NCBI GenBank assembly: GCA_964035545.1
Contig: OZ037766.1
Span: 17,943,081-18,007,080 of the forward strand
Length of the DNA stretch: 64,000 bases
From: Bugula neritina
Lineage: Eukaryota; Animalia; Bryozoa
Direction of reading: 5' to 3'
Shown in pieces: positions 1 to 10,968 of the stretch. The notes under the pieces are model-generated. The model was not told the origin of the DNA, ran no database searches, and worked only from the letters and a program-made list of their open reading frames with translations. A program made the position numbers and the translations under genes. Each line of letters opens with the position of its first letter. Within the stretch, counting starts at the first letter, position 1.

Positions 1-2326
1 CTATACTTCAGTGAGTTGTAGTATATTTCAGTATCTTGCAGTATATCTCAGTATGTTACAGTATATTTCAGTATGTTCCAGTATATTTCAGCGTGTTTCA
101 GTATATTTCAGCATGCCACAGTACATTTTTAGATTTTTCACTATACTTCAGTGAGTTTTAGTGTCTTTCAGTATGTTGCAGTATAATTCGGTATCTTGCA
201 ATTTATTTCAATGTGTTGCAATGTATTTCAATATGTTACAGTGTATTTAAGTATGTTGCAGTATGTTGCAGTGTATTTCAGTATGTTACAGTGTATTTCA
301 GTAGGTTTCAGTATCTTGCAGTATATTTCAGTATGTTGCAGTATATTTCAGTGGGTTACAGTATATTCCAGTATGTTTCAGTATGTTGCAGTATACTTCA
401 GTATGTTGCAGTGTATTTCAGTATGTTACAGTGTATTTCAGTATGTTGCAGTATGTTGCAGTGTATTTCTGTATGTTACAGCGTATTTCTGTATGTTACA
501 GTGTATTTCTGTATGTTACAGGGTATTTCAGTATGTTGCAGTGTATTTCAGTATGTTGCAGTTTATTTCAGTATGTTACAGTATGTTTCAGTATGTTGCA
601 GTATATTTCAGTGGGTTATAGTATATTTCAGTATGATACAGCGTATTTCAGTATGTAACAGTATATTTCAGTGTGTTACAGTATGTTGAGTATATTTCAG
701 TAGTTTGCAACATATTTCAGTAGGTTACCAGATATTTCGGTATGTTGCAGCATATTTCAATGTGTTACAGTGTATTTCAGTATGTTGCAATATATTTCAG
801 TATGATACAATAAATTCCAGTATGTTACAGTACATTTCCATAAATTACACTATACTTCAGTGAGTTGTAGTACATTTTGGTATCTTGCAGTATATCTCAG
901 TATGTTACAGTATAGTTCAGTATGTTGCAGTATATTTCAGCGTGTTTTAGTATATTTCAGTATGTCACAGTGCATTTCCAGATATTACACTATACTTCAG
1001 TGAGTTTTAGTGTTTTTCAGTATGTTGCAGTATGTTGCAGTGTATTTCAGTATGTTACAGTGTATTTCAGTAGGTTTCAGTGTCTTGCAGTATAATCCAG
1101 CATGTTGCAGTATATTTCAGGATGTTGCAGTATGTTTCAGTATGTTACAGTATTTTGCAGTATTTTGCAGTATAGTTCAGTGTGTTACAGTATATTTCAT
1201 TATGTTGCAGTATGTTGCAGTATATTTCAGTAGTTTGCAACATATTTCAGTAGGTTACCATATATTTCGGTATGTTGCAGCATATTTCAATGTGTTGCAG
1301 TGTATTTCAATATGTTACAGTGTATTTCAGCATGTTGCAGTATGTTGCAGTATGCTGCAGTATGTTGCAGTCTATTTCTGTATGTTACAGTGTATTTCAG
1401 TATGTTGCAGTATATTTCAGTATGTTACAGTATATTTCAGTATGTTGCAGTATATTTCAGTGGGTTATAGTATATTTCAGTATGATACGGCGTCTTTCAG
1501 TATGTTACAGTGTATTTCAGTATGTTGCAGTATTTTGCAATATGTTTCAGTATGTTACAGTGTATTTCAGTATGTTGCAGTATATTTCAGTATGTTGCAG
1601 TATATTTCAGTGGGTTATAGTATCTTTCAGTATGATACAGCGTATTTCAGTATGTTACAGTGTATTTCAGTATGTTACAGTATGTTTCAGTATGTTGCAG
1701 TATATTTCCGTGGGTTATAGTATATTTCAGTATGATACAGTGTATTTCAGTATGTTGCGGTATTTTGCAATGCATTTCAGTATGTTACAGTGTATTTCAG
1801 TATGTTGCAGTATATTTCAGTATGTTACAACAAATTTCAGTATGTTACAGTACATTTCCGTAAATTATACCATGCTTCAGTGAGTTGTAGTATATTTCAG
1901 TATCTTGCAGCATATCTCAGTATGTTACAGTATATTTCAGTATGTTACAGTATATTTCAGTGTGTTACAGTATGTTGAGTATATTTCAGTAGTTTGCAAC
2001 ATATTTCAGTAGGTTACCAGATATTTCGGTATGTTGCAGCATATTTCAATGTGTTGCAGTGTATCTCAATATGTTACAGTGTATTTCAGTATGTTGCAGT
2101 ATGTTGCAGTCTGATGCAGTATGTTGCAGTGTATTTCTGATTGTTACAGTGTATTTCAGTATGTTGCAGTATATTTCAGTATGTTACAGTATGTTTCAGT
2201 ATGTTGCAGTATACTTCAGTGGGTTATAGTATATTTCAGTATGATACAGCGTATTTCAGTATGTTACAGTGTATTTCAGTATGTTACAGTATGTTTCAGT
2301 ATGTTGCAATATATTTCCGTGGGTTA
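1..2326 (+). repeat. 10-bp monomer satellite array, left domain (CAGT strand on +), upstream of the insertion
   Basis: Continuous tandem 10-mers CAGTATGTTG/CAGTATGTTA/CAGTATATTT/CAGTGTATTT and point variants. The phase is visible directly in the 10-nt blocks. The array runs off the window start. Confidence 0.98.
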
Positions 2327-2345
2327 CACAGGATAGTTAAGGGCA
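2327..2345 (+). repeat. Left terminal inverted repeat (19 bp perfect)
   Basis: CACAGGATAGTTAAGGGCA pairs with 3064-3082; the match extends to 23 bp with one mismatch. Confidence 0.96.
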
Positions 2346-2397
2346 ACCTTTTAGCTGCAACTGCCTTGCTGAGGTTTGCATTGTAATCATATAAGAA

Positions 2398-2673
2398 TTC
2401 AGTACCAGTAAAATAAAATCTCACCTAATTGTGCTAGAGTCAAAATTTAAAAACTATGTTGTAGATCTTCTTGTTCTCCAGTGTAAGTTTTTTGGAAATT
2501 TCAATTTTCATTTTTTTTGCGAAGTTATAGACAAAAAACTGCCCAATTTTGGCCAATTTTGCCTGAAAAGCTGACTTTTCAGTACCAGTAAAATATCTCA
2601 GCAGCAAAGCATGATATCTGAATAAAAATTGCACTGCTGGAATCCTGAGATATTTCTCCAGTGTAAGTTTTTT
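2398..2673 (+). repeat. Internal direct-repeat motif pair with 180-bp period inside the transposon
   Basis: TTCAGTACCAGTAAAATA at 2398-2415 and 2578-2595; TTCTCCAGTGTAAGTTTTTT at 2474-2493 and 2654-2673. Both pairs are offset by exactly 180 bp. Confidence 0.9.
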
Positions 2674-3063
2674 TCTTTTTTCAATAACTCTGCTAGATTG
2701 CTCATAAATTGGTGATTTATACACTGAAAATGCCATATTTTCTCATAAGAAACTAGCAGCGCACAGCACTTCACGCTTCACTGAGCACGTAGGGATGAGA
2801 AGATATTGGCGCCTACATAATAATTACAGGCTAGCTAGCTGGCAGGCTATAATGAATAGCTTGCTTTGTACTTTGTTTATGTAGCACCAATAATGGAATG
2901 TTGATAGATAACGCAGCCCTAACGAAGGTTGCTGCTTATTGGTTGTAGTTTAATCTTAGGCTAAACAATTACAAGTAGGCAACACGCATGCCACCCGCAG
3001 AGCAATATTATTCAAGAACCTGAACTACATTTTGAGAGAAATTTATGATATTCTTAGTGAGGA

Positions 3064-3082
3064 TGCCCTTAACTATCCTGTG
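3064..3082 (-). repeat. Right terminal inverted repeat (19 bp perfect)
   Basis: TGCCCTTAACTATCCTGTG is the reverse complement of 2327-2345. Confidence 0.96.
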
Positions 3083-5454
3083 TATAGTATATTTCAGTAT
3101 GATACAGCGTATTTCAGTAAGTTACAGTGTATTTCAGCATGTTGCGGTATTTTGCAATGCATTTCAGTATGTTACAGTGTATTTCAGTATGTTGCAGTAT
3201 ATTTCAGTATGTTACAATAAATTTCAGTATGTTACAGTACATTTCCTTAAATTACACCATACTTCAGTGAGTTGTAGTATATTTCAGTATCTTGCAGTAT
3301 ATCTCAGTATGTTACAGTATATTTCAGTATGTTACAGTATATTTCAGTGTGTTACAGTATATTGAGTATATTTCAGTAGTTTGCAACATATTTCAGTAGG
3401 TTACCAGATATTTCGATATGTTGCAGCATATTTCAATGTGTTGCAGTGTATTTCAATATGTTACAGTGTATTTCAGTATGTTGCAGTATGTTGCAGTCTG
3501 ATGCAGTATGTTGCAGTGTATTTCTGATTGTTACAGTGTATTTCAGTATGTTGCAGTATATTTCAGTATGTTACAGTATGTTTCAGTATGTTGCAGTATA
3601 CTTCAGTGGGTTATAGTATATTTCAGTATGATACAGCGTATTTCAGTATGTTACAGTGTATTTCAGTATGTTACAGTATGTTTCAGTATGTTGCAATATA
3701 TTTCCGTGGGTTATAGTATATTTCAGTATGATACAGCGTATTTCAGTATGTTACAGTGTATTTCAGTATGTTGCAGTATTTTGCAATGCATTTCAGTATG
3801 TTACAGTGTATTTCAGTATGTTGCAGTATATTTCAGTATGTTACAATAAATTTCAGTATGTTACAGTACATTTCCTTAAATTACACCATACTTCAGTGAG
3901 TTGTAGTATATTTCAGTATCTTGCAGTATATCTCAGTATGTTACAGTATATTTCAGTATGTTCCAGTATATTTCAGTGTGTTACAGTATGTTGAGTATAT
4001 TTCAGTAGTTTGCAACATATTTCAGTAGGTTACCAGATATTTCGGTATGTTGCAGCATATTTCAATGTGTTGCAGTGTATTTCAATATGTTACAGTGTAT
4101 TTCAGTATGTTGCAGTATGATGCAGTATGGTTCAGTGTATTTCTGTATGTTACAGTGTATTTCAGTATGTTGCAGTATATCTCAGTATGTTACTGTATAT
4201 TTCAGTATGTTTCAGTATATTTCATTGTATTACAGTAAATTTCAGTATGTTACAGTGCATTTGCAGATATTACACTATACGTCAGCGAGTTTTAGTGTGT
4301 TTCAGTATGTTCCAGTATATTTAAGTATTTTGCAGTATTTTGCAATATATTTTAGTATGTTACAGTGTATTTCAGTACGTTGCAGTATATTTCAGTATGA
4401 TACAATAAATTTCAGTGTGTTACAGTACATTTCTGCAAATTACACTATACTTCAGTGAGTTGTAGTATATTTCAGTATCTTGCAGTATATCTCAGTATGT
4501 TACAGTTTATTTCAGTATGCTCCAGTATATTTCAGCGTGTTTCAGTATATTTCAGCATGCCAAGGTGCATTTTTAGATTTTTCACTATACTTCAGTGAGT
4601 TTTAGTGTCTTTCAGTATGTTGCAGTATATTTCGATATCTTGCAACTTATTTCAATGTGTTGCAATGTATTTCAACATGTTACAGTGTATTTCAGTATGT
4701 TGCAGTATGTTGCAGTGTATTTCAGTATGTTACAGTGTATTTCAGTAGGTTTCAGTATCTTGCAGTATATTTCAGTATGTTGCAGTATATTTCAGTGGGT
4801 TACAGTATATTCCAGTATGTTCCAGTATGTTGCAGTATATTTCAGTATGTTGCAGTGTATTTCAGTATGTTACAGTGTATTTCAGTATGTTGCAGTATGT
4901 TGCAGTGTATTTCTGTATGTTACAGCGTATTTCTGTATGTTACAGTGTATTTCAGTAGTTTGCAACATATTTCGGTAGGTTACCATATATTTTGGTATGT
5001 TGCAGCATATTTCAATGTGTTGCAGTGTATTTCAATATGTTACAGTGTATTTCAGTATGTTGCAGTATGTTGCAGTGTATTTCTGTATGTTACAGGGTAT
5101 TTCAGTATGTTGCAGTATATTTCAGTATGTTACAGTATGTTTCAGTATGTTGCAGTATATTTCAGTGGGTTATAGTATATTTCAGTATGATACAGCGTAT
5201 TTCAGTATGTTACAGTGTATTTCAGTATGTTGCAGCGTTTTGCAATATATTTCAGTATGTTACAGCGTATTTCAGTATGTTGCAGTATATTTCAGTATGT
5301 TACAATAAATTTCAGTATGTTACAGTACATTTCCGTAAATTACACCATACTTCAGTGAGTTGTAGTATATTTCAGTATCTTGCAGTATATCTCAGTATGT
5401 TACTGTATATTTCAGTATGTTACAGTATATTTCAGTGTGTTACAGTAAATTTCA

Positions 5455-8400
5455 GTATGTTACAGTGCATTTGCAGATATTACACTATACTTCAGTGAGT
5501 TTTTGTTTCTTTCAGTATGTTCCAGTATATTTAAGTATGTTGCAGTATTTTGCAATATATTTTAGTATGTTACAGTGTATTTCAGTACGTTGCAGTATAT
5601 TTCAGTATGATACAATAAATTTCAGTGTGTTACAGTACATTTCTGCAAATTACACTATACTTCAGTGAGTTGTAGTATATTTCAGTATCTTGCAGTATAT
5701 CTCAGTATGTTACAGTATATTTCAGTATGTTCCAGTATATTTCAGCGTGTTTCAGTATATTTCAGCATGCCACAGTACATTTTTAGATTTTTCACTATAC
5801 TTCAGTGAGTTTTAGTGTCTTTCAGTATGTTGCAGTATAATTCGGTATCTTGCAACTTATTTCAATGTGTTGCAATGTATTTCAATATGTTACAGTGTAT
5901 TTAAGTATGTTGCAGTATGTTGCAGTGTATTTCAGTATGTTACAGTGTATTTCAGTAGGTTTCAGTATCTTGCAGTATATTTCAGTATGTTGCAGTATAT
6001 TTCAGTGGGTTACAGTATATTCCAGTATGTTCCAGTATGTTGCAGTATACTTCAGTATGTTGCAGTGTATTTCAGTATGTTACAGTGTATTTCAGTATGT
6101 TGCAGTATGTTGCAGTGTATTTCTGTATGTTACAGCGTATTTCTGTATGTTACAGTGTATTTCTGTATGTTACAGGGTATTTCAGTATGTTGCAGTGTAT
6201 TTCAGTATGTTGCAGTATATTTCAGTATGTTACAGTATGTTTCAGTATGTTGCAGTATATTTCAGTGGGTTATAGTATATTTCAGTATGATACAGCGTAT
6301 TTCAGTATGTAACAGTATATTTCAGTGTGTTACAGTATGTTGAGTATATTTCAGTAGTTTGCAACATATTTCAGTAGGTTACCAGATATTTCGGTATGTT
6401 GCAGCATATTTCAATGTGTTACAGTGTATTTCAGTATGTTGCAATATATTTCAGTATGATACAATAAATTCCAGTATGTTACAGTACATTTCCATAAATT
6501 ACACTATACTTCAGTGAGTTGTAGTACATTTTGGTATCTTGCAGTATATCTCAGTATGTTACAGTATAGTTCAGTATGTTGCAGTATATTTCAGCGTGTT
6601 TCAGTATATTTCAGTATGTCACAGTGCATTTCCAGATATTACACTATACTTCAGTGAGTTTTAGTGTTTTTCAGTATGTTGCAGTATGTTGCAGTGTATT
6701 TCAGTATGTTACAGTGTATTTCAGTAGGTTTCAGTGTCTTGCAGTATAATCCAGCATGTTGCAGTATATTTCAGGATGTTGCAGCATGTTTCAGTATGTT
6801 ACAGTATTTTGCAGTATTTTGCAGTATAGTTCAGTGTGTTACAGTATATTTCATTATGTTGCAGTATGTTGCAGTATATTTCAGTAGTTTGCAACATATT
6901 TCAGTAGGTTACCATATATTTCGGTATGTTGCAGCATATTTCAATGTGTTGCAGTGTATTTCAATATGTTACAGTGTATTTCAGCATGTTGCAGTATGTT
7001 GCAGTATGCTGCAGTATGTTGCAGTCTATTTCTGTATGTTACAGTGTATTTCAGTATGTTGCAGTATATTTCAGTATGTTACAGTATATTTCAGTATGTT
7101 GCAGTATATTTCAGTGGGTTATAGTATATTTCAGTATGATACGGCGTCTTTCAGTATGTTACAGTGTATTTCAGTATGTTGCAGTATTTTGCAATATGTT
7201 TCAGTATGTTACAGTGTATTTCAGTATGTTGCAGTATATTTCAGTATGTTGCAGTATATTTCAGTGGGTTATAGTATATTTCAGTATGATACAGCGTATT
7301 TCAGTATGTTACAGTGTATTTCAGTATGTTACAGTATGTTTCAGTATGTTGCAGTATATTTCCGTGGGTTATAGTATATTTCAGTATGATACAGCGTATT
7401 TCAGTATGATACAGTGTATTTCAGTATGTTGCGGTATTTTGCAATGCATTTCAGTATGTTACAGTGTATTTCAGTATGTTGCAGTATATTTCAGTATGTT
7501 ACAATAAATTTCAGTATGTTACAGTACATTTCCGTAAATTATACCATGCTTCAGTGAGTTGTAGTATATTTCAGTATCTTGCAGTATATCTCAGTATGTT
7601 ACAGTATATTTCAGTATGTTACAGTATATTTCAGTGTGTTACAGTATGTTGAGTATATTTCAGTAGTTTGCAACATATTTCAGTAGGTTACCAAATATTT
7701 CGGTATGTTGCAGCATATTTCTATGTGTTGCAGTGTATTTCAATATGTTACAGTGTATTTCAGTATGTTGCAGTATGTTGCAGTCTGATGCAGTATGTTG
7801 CAGTGTATTTCTGATTGTTACAGTTTATTTCAGTATGTTGCAGTATATTTCAGTATGTTACAGTATGTTTCAGTATGTTGCAGTATACTTCAGTGGGTTA
7901 TAGTATATTTCAGTATGATACAGCGTATTTCAGTATGTTACAGTGTATTTCAGTATGTTACAGTATGTTTCAGTATGTTGCAATATATTTCCGTGGGTTA
8001 TAGTATATTTCAGTATGATACAGCGTATTTCAGTATGTTACAGTGTATTTCAGCATGTTGCAGTATTTTGCAATGCATTTCAGTATGTTACAGTGTATTT
8101 CAGTATGTTGCAGTATATTTCAGTATGTTACAATAAATTTCAGTATGTTACAGTGCATTTGCAGATATTACACTATACTTCAGTGAGTTTTTGTTTCTTT
8201 CAGTATGTTCCAGTATATTTAAGTGTGTTGCAGTATTTTGCAATATATTTTAGTATGTTACAGTGTATTTCAGTACGTTGCAGTATATTTCAGTATGATA
8301 CAATAAATTTCAGTGTGTTACAGTACATTTCTGCAAATTACACTATACTTCAGTGAGTTGTAGTATATTTCAGTATTTTGCAGTATATCTCAGTATGTTA

Positions 8401-10840
8401 CAGTATATTTCAGTATGTTCCAGTATATTTCAGCGTGTTTCAGTATATTTCAGCATGCCACAGTACATTTTTAGATTTTTCACTATACTTCAGTGAGTTT
8501 TAGTGTCTCTCAGTATGTTGCAGTATCATTCGGTATCTTGCAACTTATTTCAATGTGTTGCAATGTATTTCAATATGTTACAGTGTATTTAAGTATGTTG
8601 CAGTATGTTGCAGTGTATTTCAGTATGTTACAGTGTATTTCAGTAGGTTTCAGTATCTTGCAGTATATTTCAGTATGTTGCAGTATATTTCAGTGGGTTA
8701 CAGTATATTCCAGTATGTTCCAGTATGTTGCAGTATACTTCAGTATGTTGCAGTGTATTTCAGTATGTTACAGTGTATTTCAGTATGTTGCAGTATGTTG
8801 CAGTGTATTTCTGTATGTTACAGCGTATTTCTGTATGTTACAGTGTATTTCTGTATGTTACAGGGTATTTCAGTATGTTGCAGTGTATTTCAGTATGTTG
8901 CAGTATATTTCAGTATGTTACAGTATGTTTCAGTATGTTGCAGTATATTTCAGTGGGTTATAGTATATTTCAGTATGATACAGCGTATTTCAGTATGTAA
9001 CAGTATATTTCAGTGTGTTACAGTATGTTGAGTATATTTCAGTAGTTTGCAACATATTTCAGTAGGTTACCAGATATTTCGGTATGTTGCAGCATATTTC
9101 AATGTGTTACAGTGTATTTCAGTATGTTGCAACATATTTCAGTATGATACAATAAATTCCAGTATGTTACAGTACATTTCCATAAATTACACTATACTTC
9201 AGTGAGTTGTAGTACATTTTGGTATCTTGCAGTATATCTCAGTATGTTACAGTATAGTTCAGTATGTTGCAGTATATTTCAGCGTGTTTCAGTATATTTC
9301 AGTATGTCACAGTGCATTTCCAGATATTACACTATACTTCAGTGAGTTTTAGTGTTTTTCAGTATGTTGCAGTATGTTGCAGTGTATTTCAGTATGTTAC
9401 AGTGTATTTCAGTAGGTTTCAGTGTCTTGCAGTATAATCCAGCATGTTGCAGTATATTTCAGGATGTTGCAGTATGTTTCAATATGTTACAGTATTTTGC
9501 AGTATTTTGCAGTATAGTTCAGTGTGTTACAGTATATTTCATTATGTTGCAGTATGTTGCAGTATATTTCAGTAGTTTGCAACATATTTCAGTAGGTTAC
9601 CATATATTTCGGTATGTTGCAGCATATTTCAATGTGTTGCAGTGTATTTCAATATGTTACAGTGTATTTCAGCATGTTGCAGTATGTTGCAGTATGCTGC
9701 AGTATGTTGCAGTCTATTTCTGTATGTTACAGTGTATTTCAGTATGTTGCAGTATATTTCAGTATGTTACAGTATATTTCAGTATGTTGCAGTATATTTC
9801 AGTGGGTTATAGTATATTTCAGTATGATACGGCGTCTTTCAGTATGTTACAGTGTATTTCAGTATGTTGCAGTATTTTGCAATATGTTTCAGTATGTTAC
9901 AGTGTATTTCAGTATGTTGCAGTATATTTCAGTATGTTGCAGTATATTTCAGTGGGTTATAGTATATTTCAGTATGATACAGCGTATTTCAGTATGTTAC
10001 AGTGTATTTCAGTATGTTACAGTATGTTTCAGTATGTTGCAGTATATTTCCGTGGGTTATAGTATATTTCAGTATGATACAGCGTATTTCAGTATGATAC
10101 AGTGTATTTCAGTATGTTGCGGTATTTTGCAATGCATTTCAGTATGTTACAGTGTATTTCAGTATGTTGCAGTATATTTCAGTATGTTACAATAAATTTC
10201 AGTATGTTACAGTACATTTCCGTAAATTATACCATGCTTCAGTGAGTTGTAGTATATTTCAGTATCTTGCAGCATATCTCAGTATGTTACAGTATATTTC
10301 AGTATGTTACAGTATATTTCAGTGTGTTACAGTATGTTGAGTATATTTCAGTAGTTTGCAACATATTTCAGTAGGTTACCAGATATTTCGGTATGTTGCA
10401 GCATATTTCTATGTGTTGCAGTGTATTTCAATATGTTACAGTGTATTTCAGTATGTTGCAGTATGTTGCAGTCTGATGCAGTATGTTGCAGTGTATTTCT
10501 GATTGTTACAGTGTATTTCAGTATGTTGCAGTATATTTCAGTATGTTACAGTATGTTTCAGTATGTTGCAGTATACTTCAGTGGGTTATAGTATATTTCA
10601 GTATGATACAGCGTATTTCAGTATGTTACAGTGTATTTCAGTATGTTACAGTATGTTTCAGTATGTTGCAATATATTTCCGTGGGTTATAGTATATTTCA
10701 GTATGATACAGCGTATTTCAGTATGTTACAGTGTATTCCAGCATGTTGCAGTATTTTGCAATGCATTTCAGTATGTTACAGTGTATTTCAGTATGTTGCA
10801 GTATATTTCAGTATGTTACAATAAATTTCAGTATGTTACA
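5455..10840 (+). repeat. Tandem higher-order repeat, period 2688 bp (about 2 copies)
   Basis: Matching variant strings and ORF-track entries at 5867/8555, 6664/9352, 6926/9614 and 7795/10483, all offset by 2688. Confidence 0.85.
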
Positions 10841-10968
10841 GTACATTTCCTTAAATTACACCATACTTCAGTGAGTTGTAGTATATTTCAGTATCTTGCA
10901 GTATATCTCAGTATGTTACAGTATATTTCAGTATGTTACAGTATATTTCAGTGTGTTACAGTATGTTA

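Larger units (their letters stand above)
2327..3082. mobile_element. 756-bp non-autonomous TIR DNA transposon (MITE-like) with TA target-site duplication
   Basis: The only non-satellite sequence in the window. It begins CACAGGATAGTTAAGGGCA and ends TGCCCTTAACTATCCTGTG, an exact reverse complement. TA flanks it on both sides (2325-2326, 3083-3084). Removing the element and one TA restores TTCCGTGGGTTATAGTATATTT, seen intact at about 3702-3723. No transposase ORF. Confidence 0.93.

Noticed and set aside
2578-2601. Transposon interior (TTCAGTACCAGTAAAATATCTCAG) as the origin of the satellite monomer
   Set aside because: The resemblance is limited to short AT-rich words (TTCAGTA, ATATCTCAG) with no 10-bp periodicity, which is compatible with chance.
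2440-2736. 98-aa minus-strand ORF inside the transposon
   Set aside because: Short and Lys/Phe-rich because of A/T tracts. Its repeated KKLTLE peptide just reflects the DNA motif repeat. No DDE/D or HTH transposase features are recognisable.
2755-3060. tRNA- or SINE-derived sequence or ncRNA in the more GC-rich right half of the insert
   Set aside because: I could not identify a cloverleaf, convincing Pol III A/B boxes or a poly-A tail. There is only a short GCTAGCTAGC palindrome near 2830.
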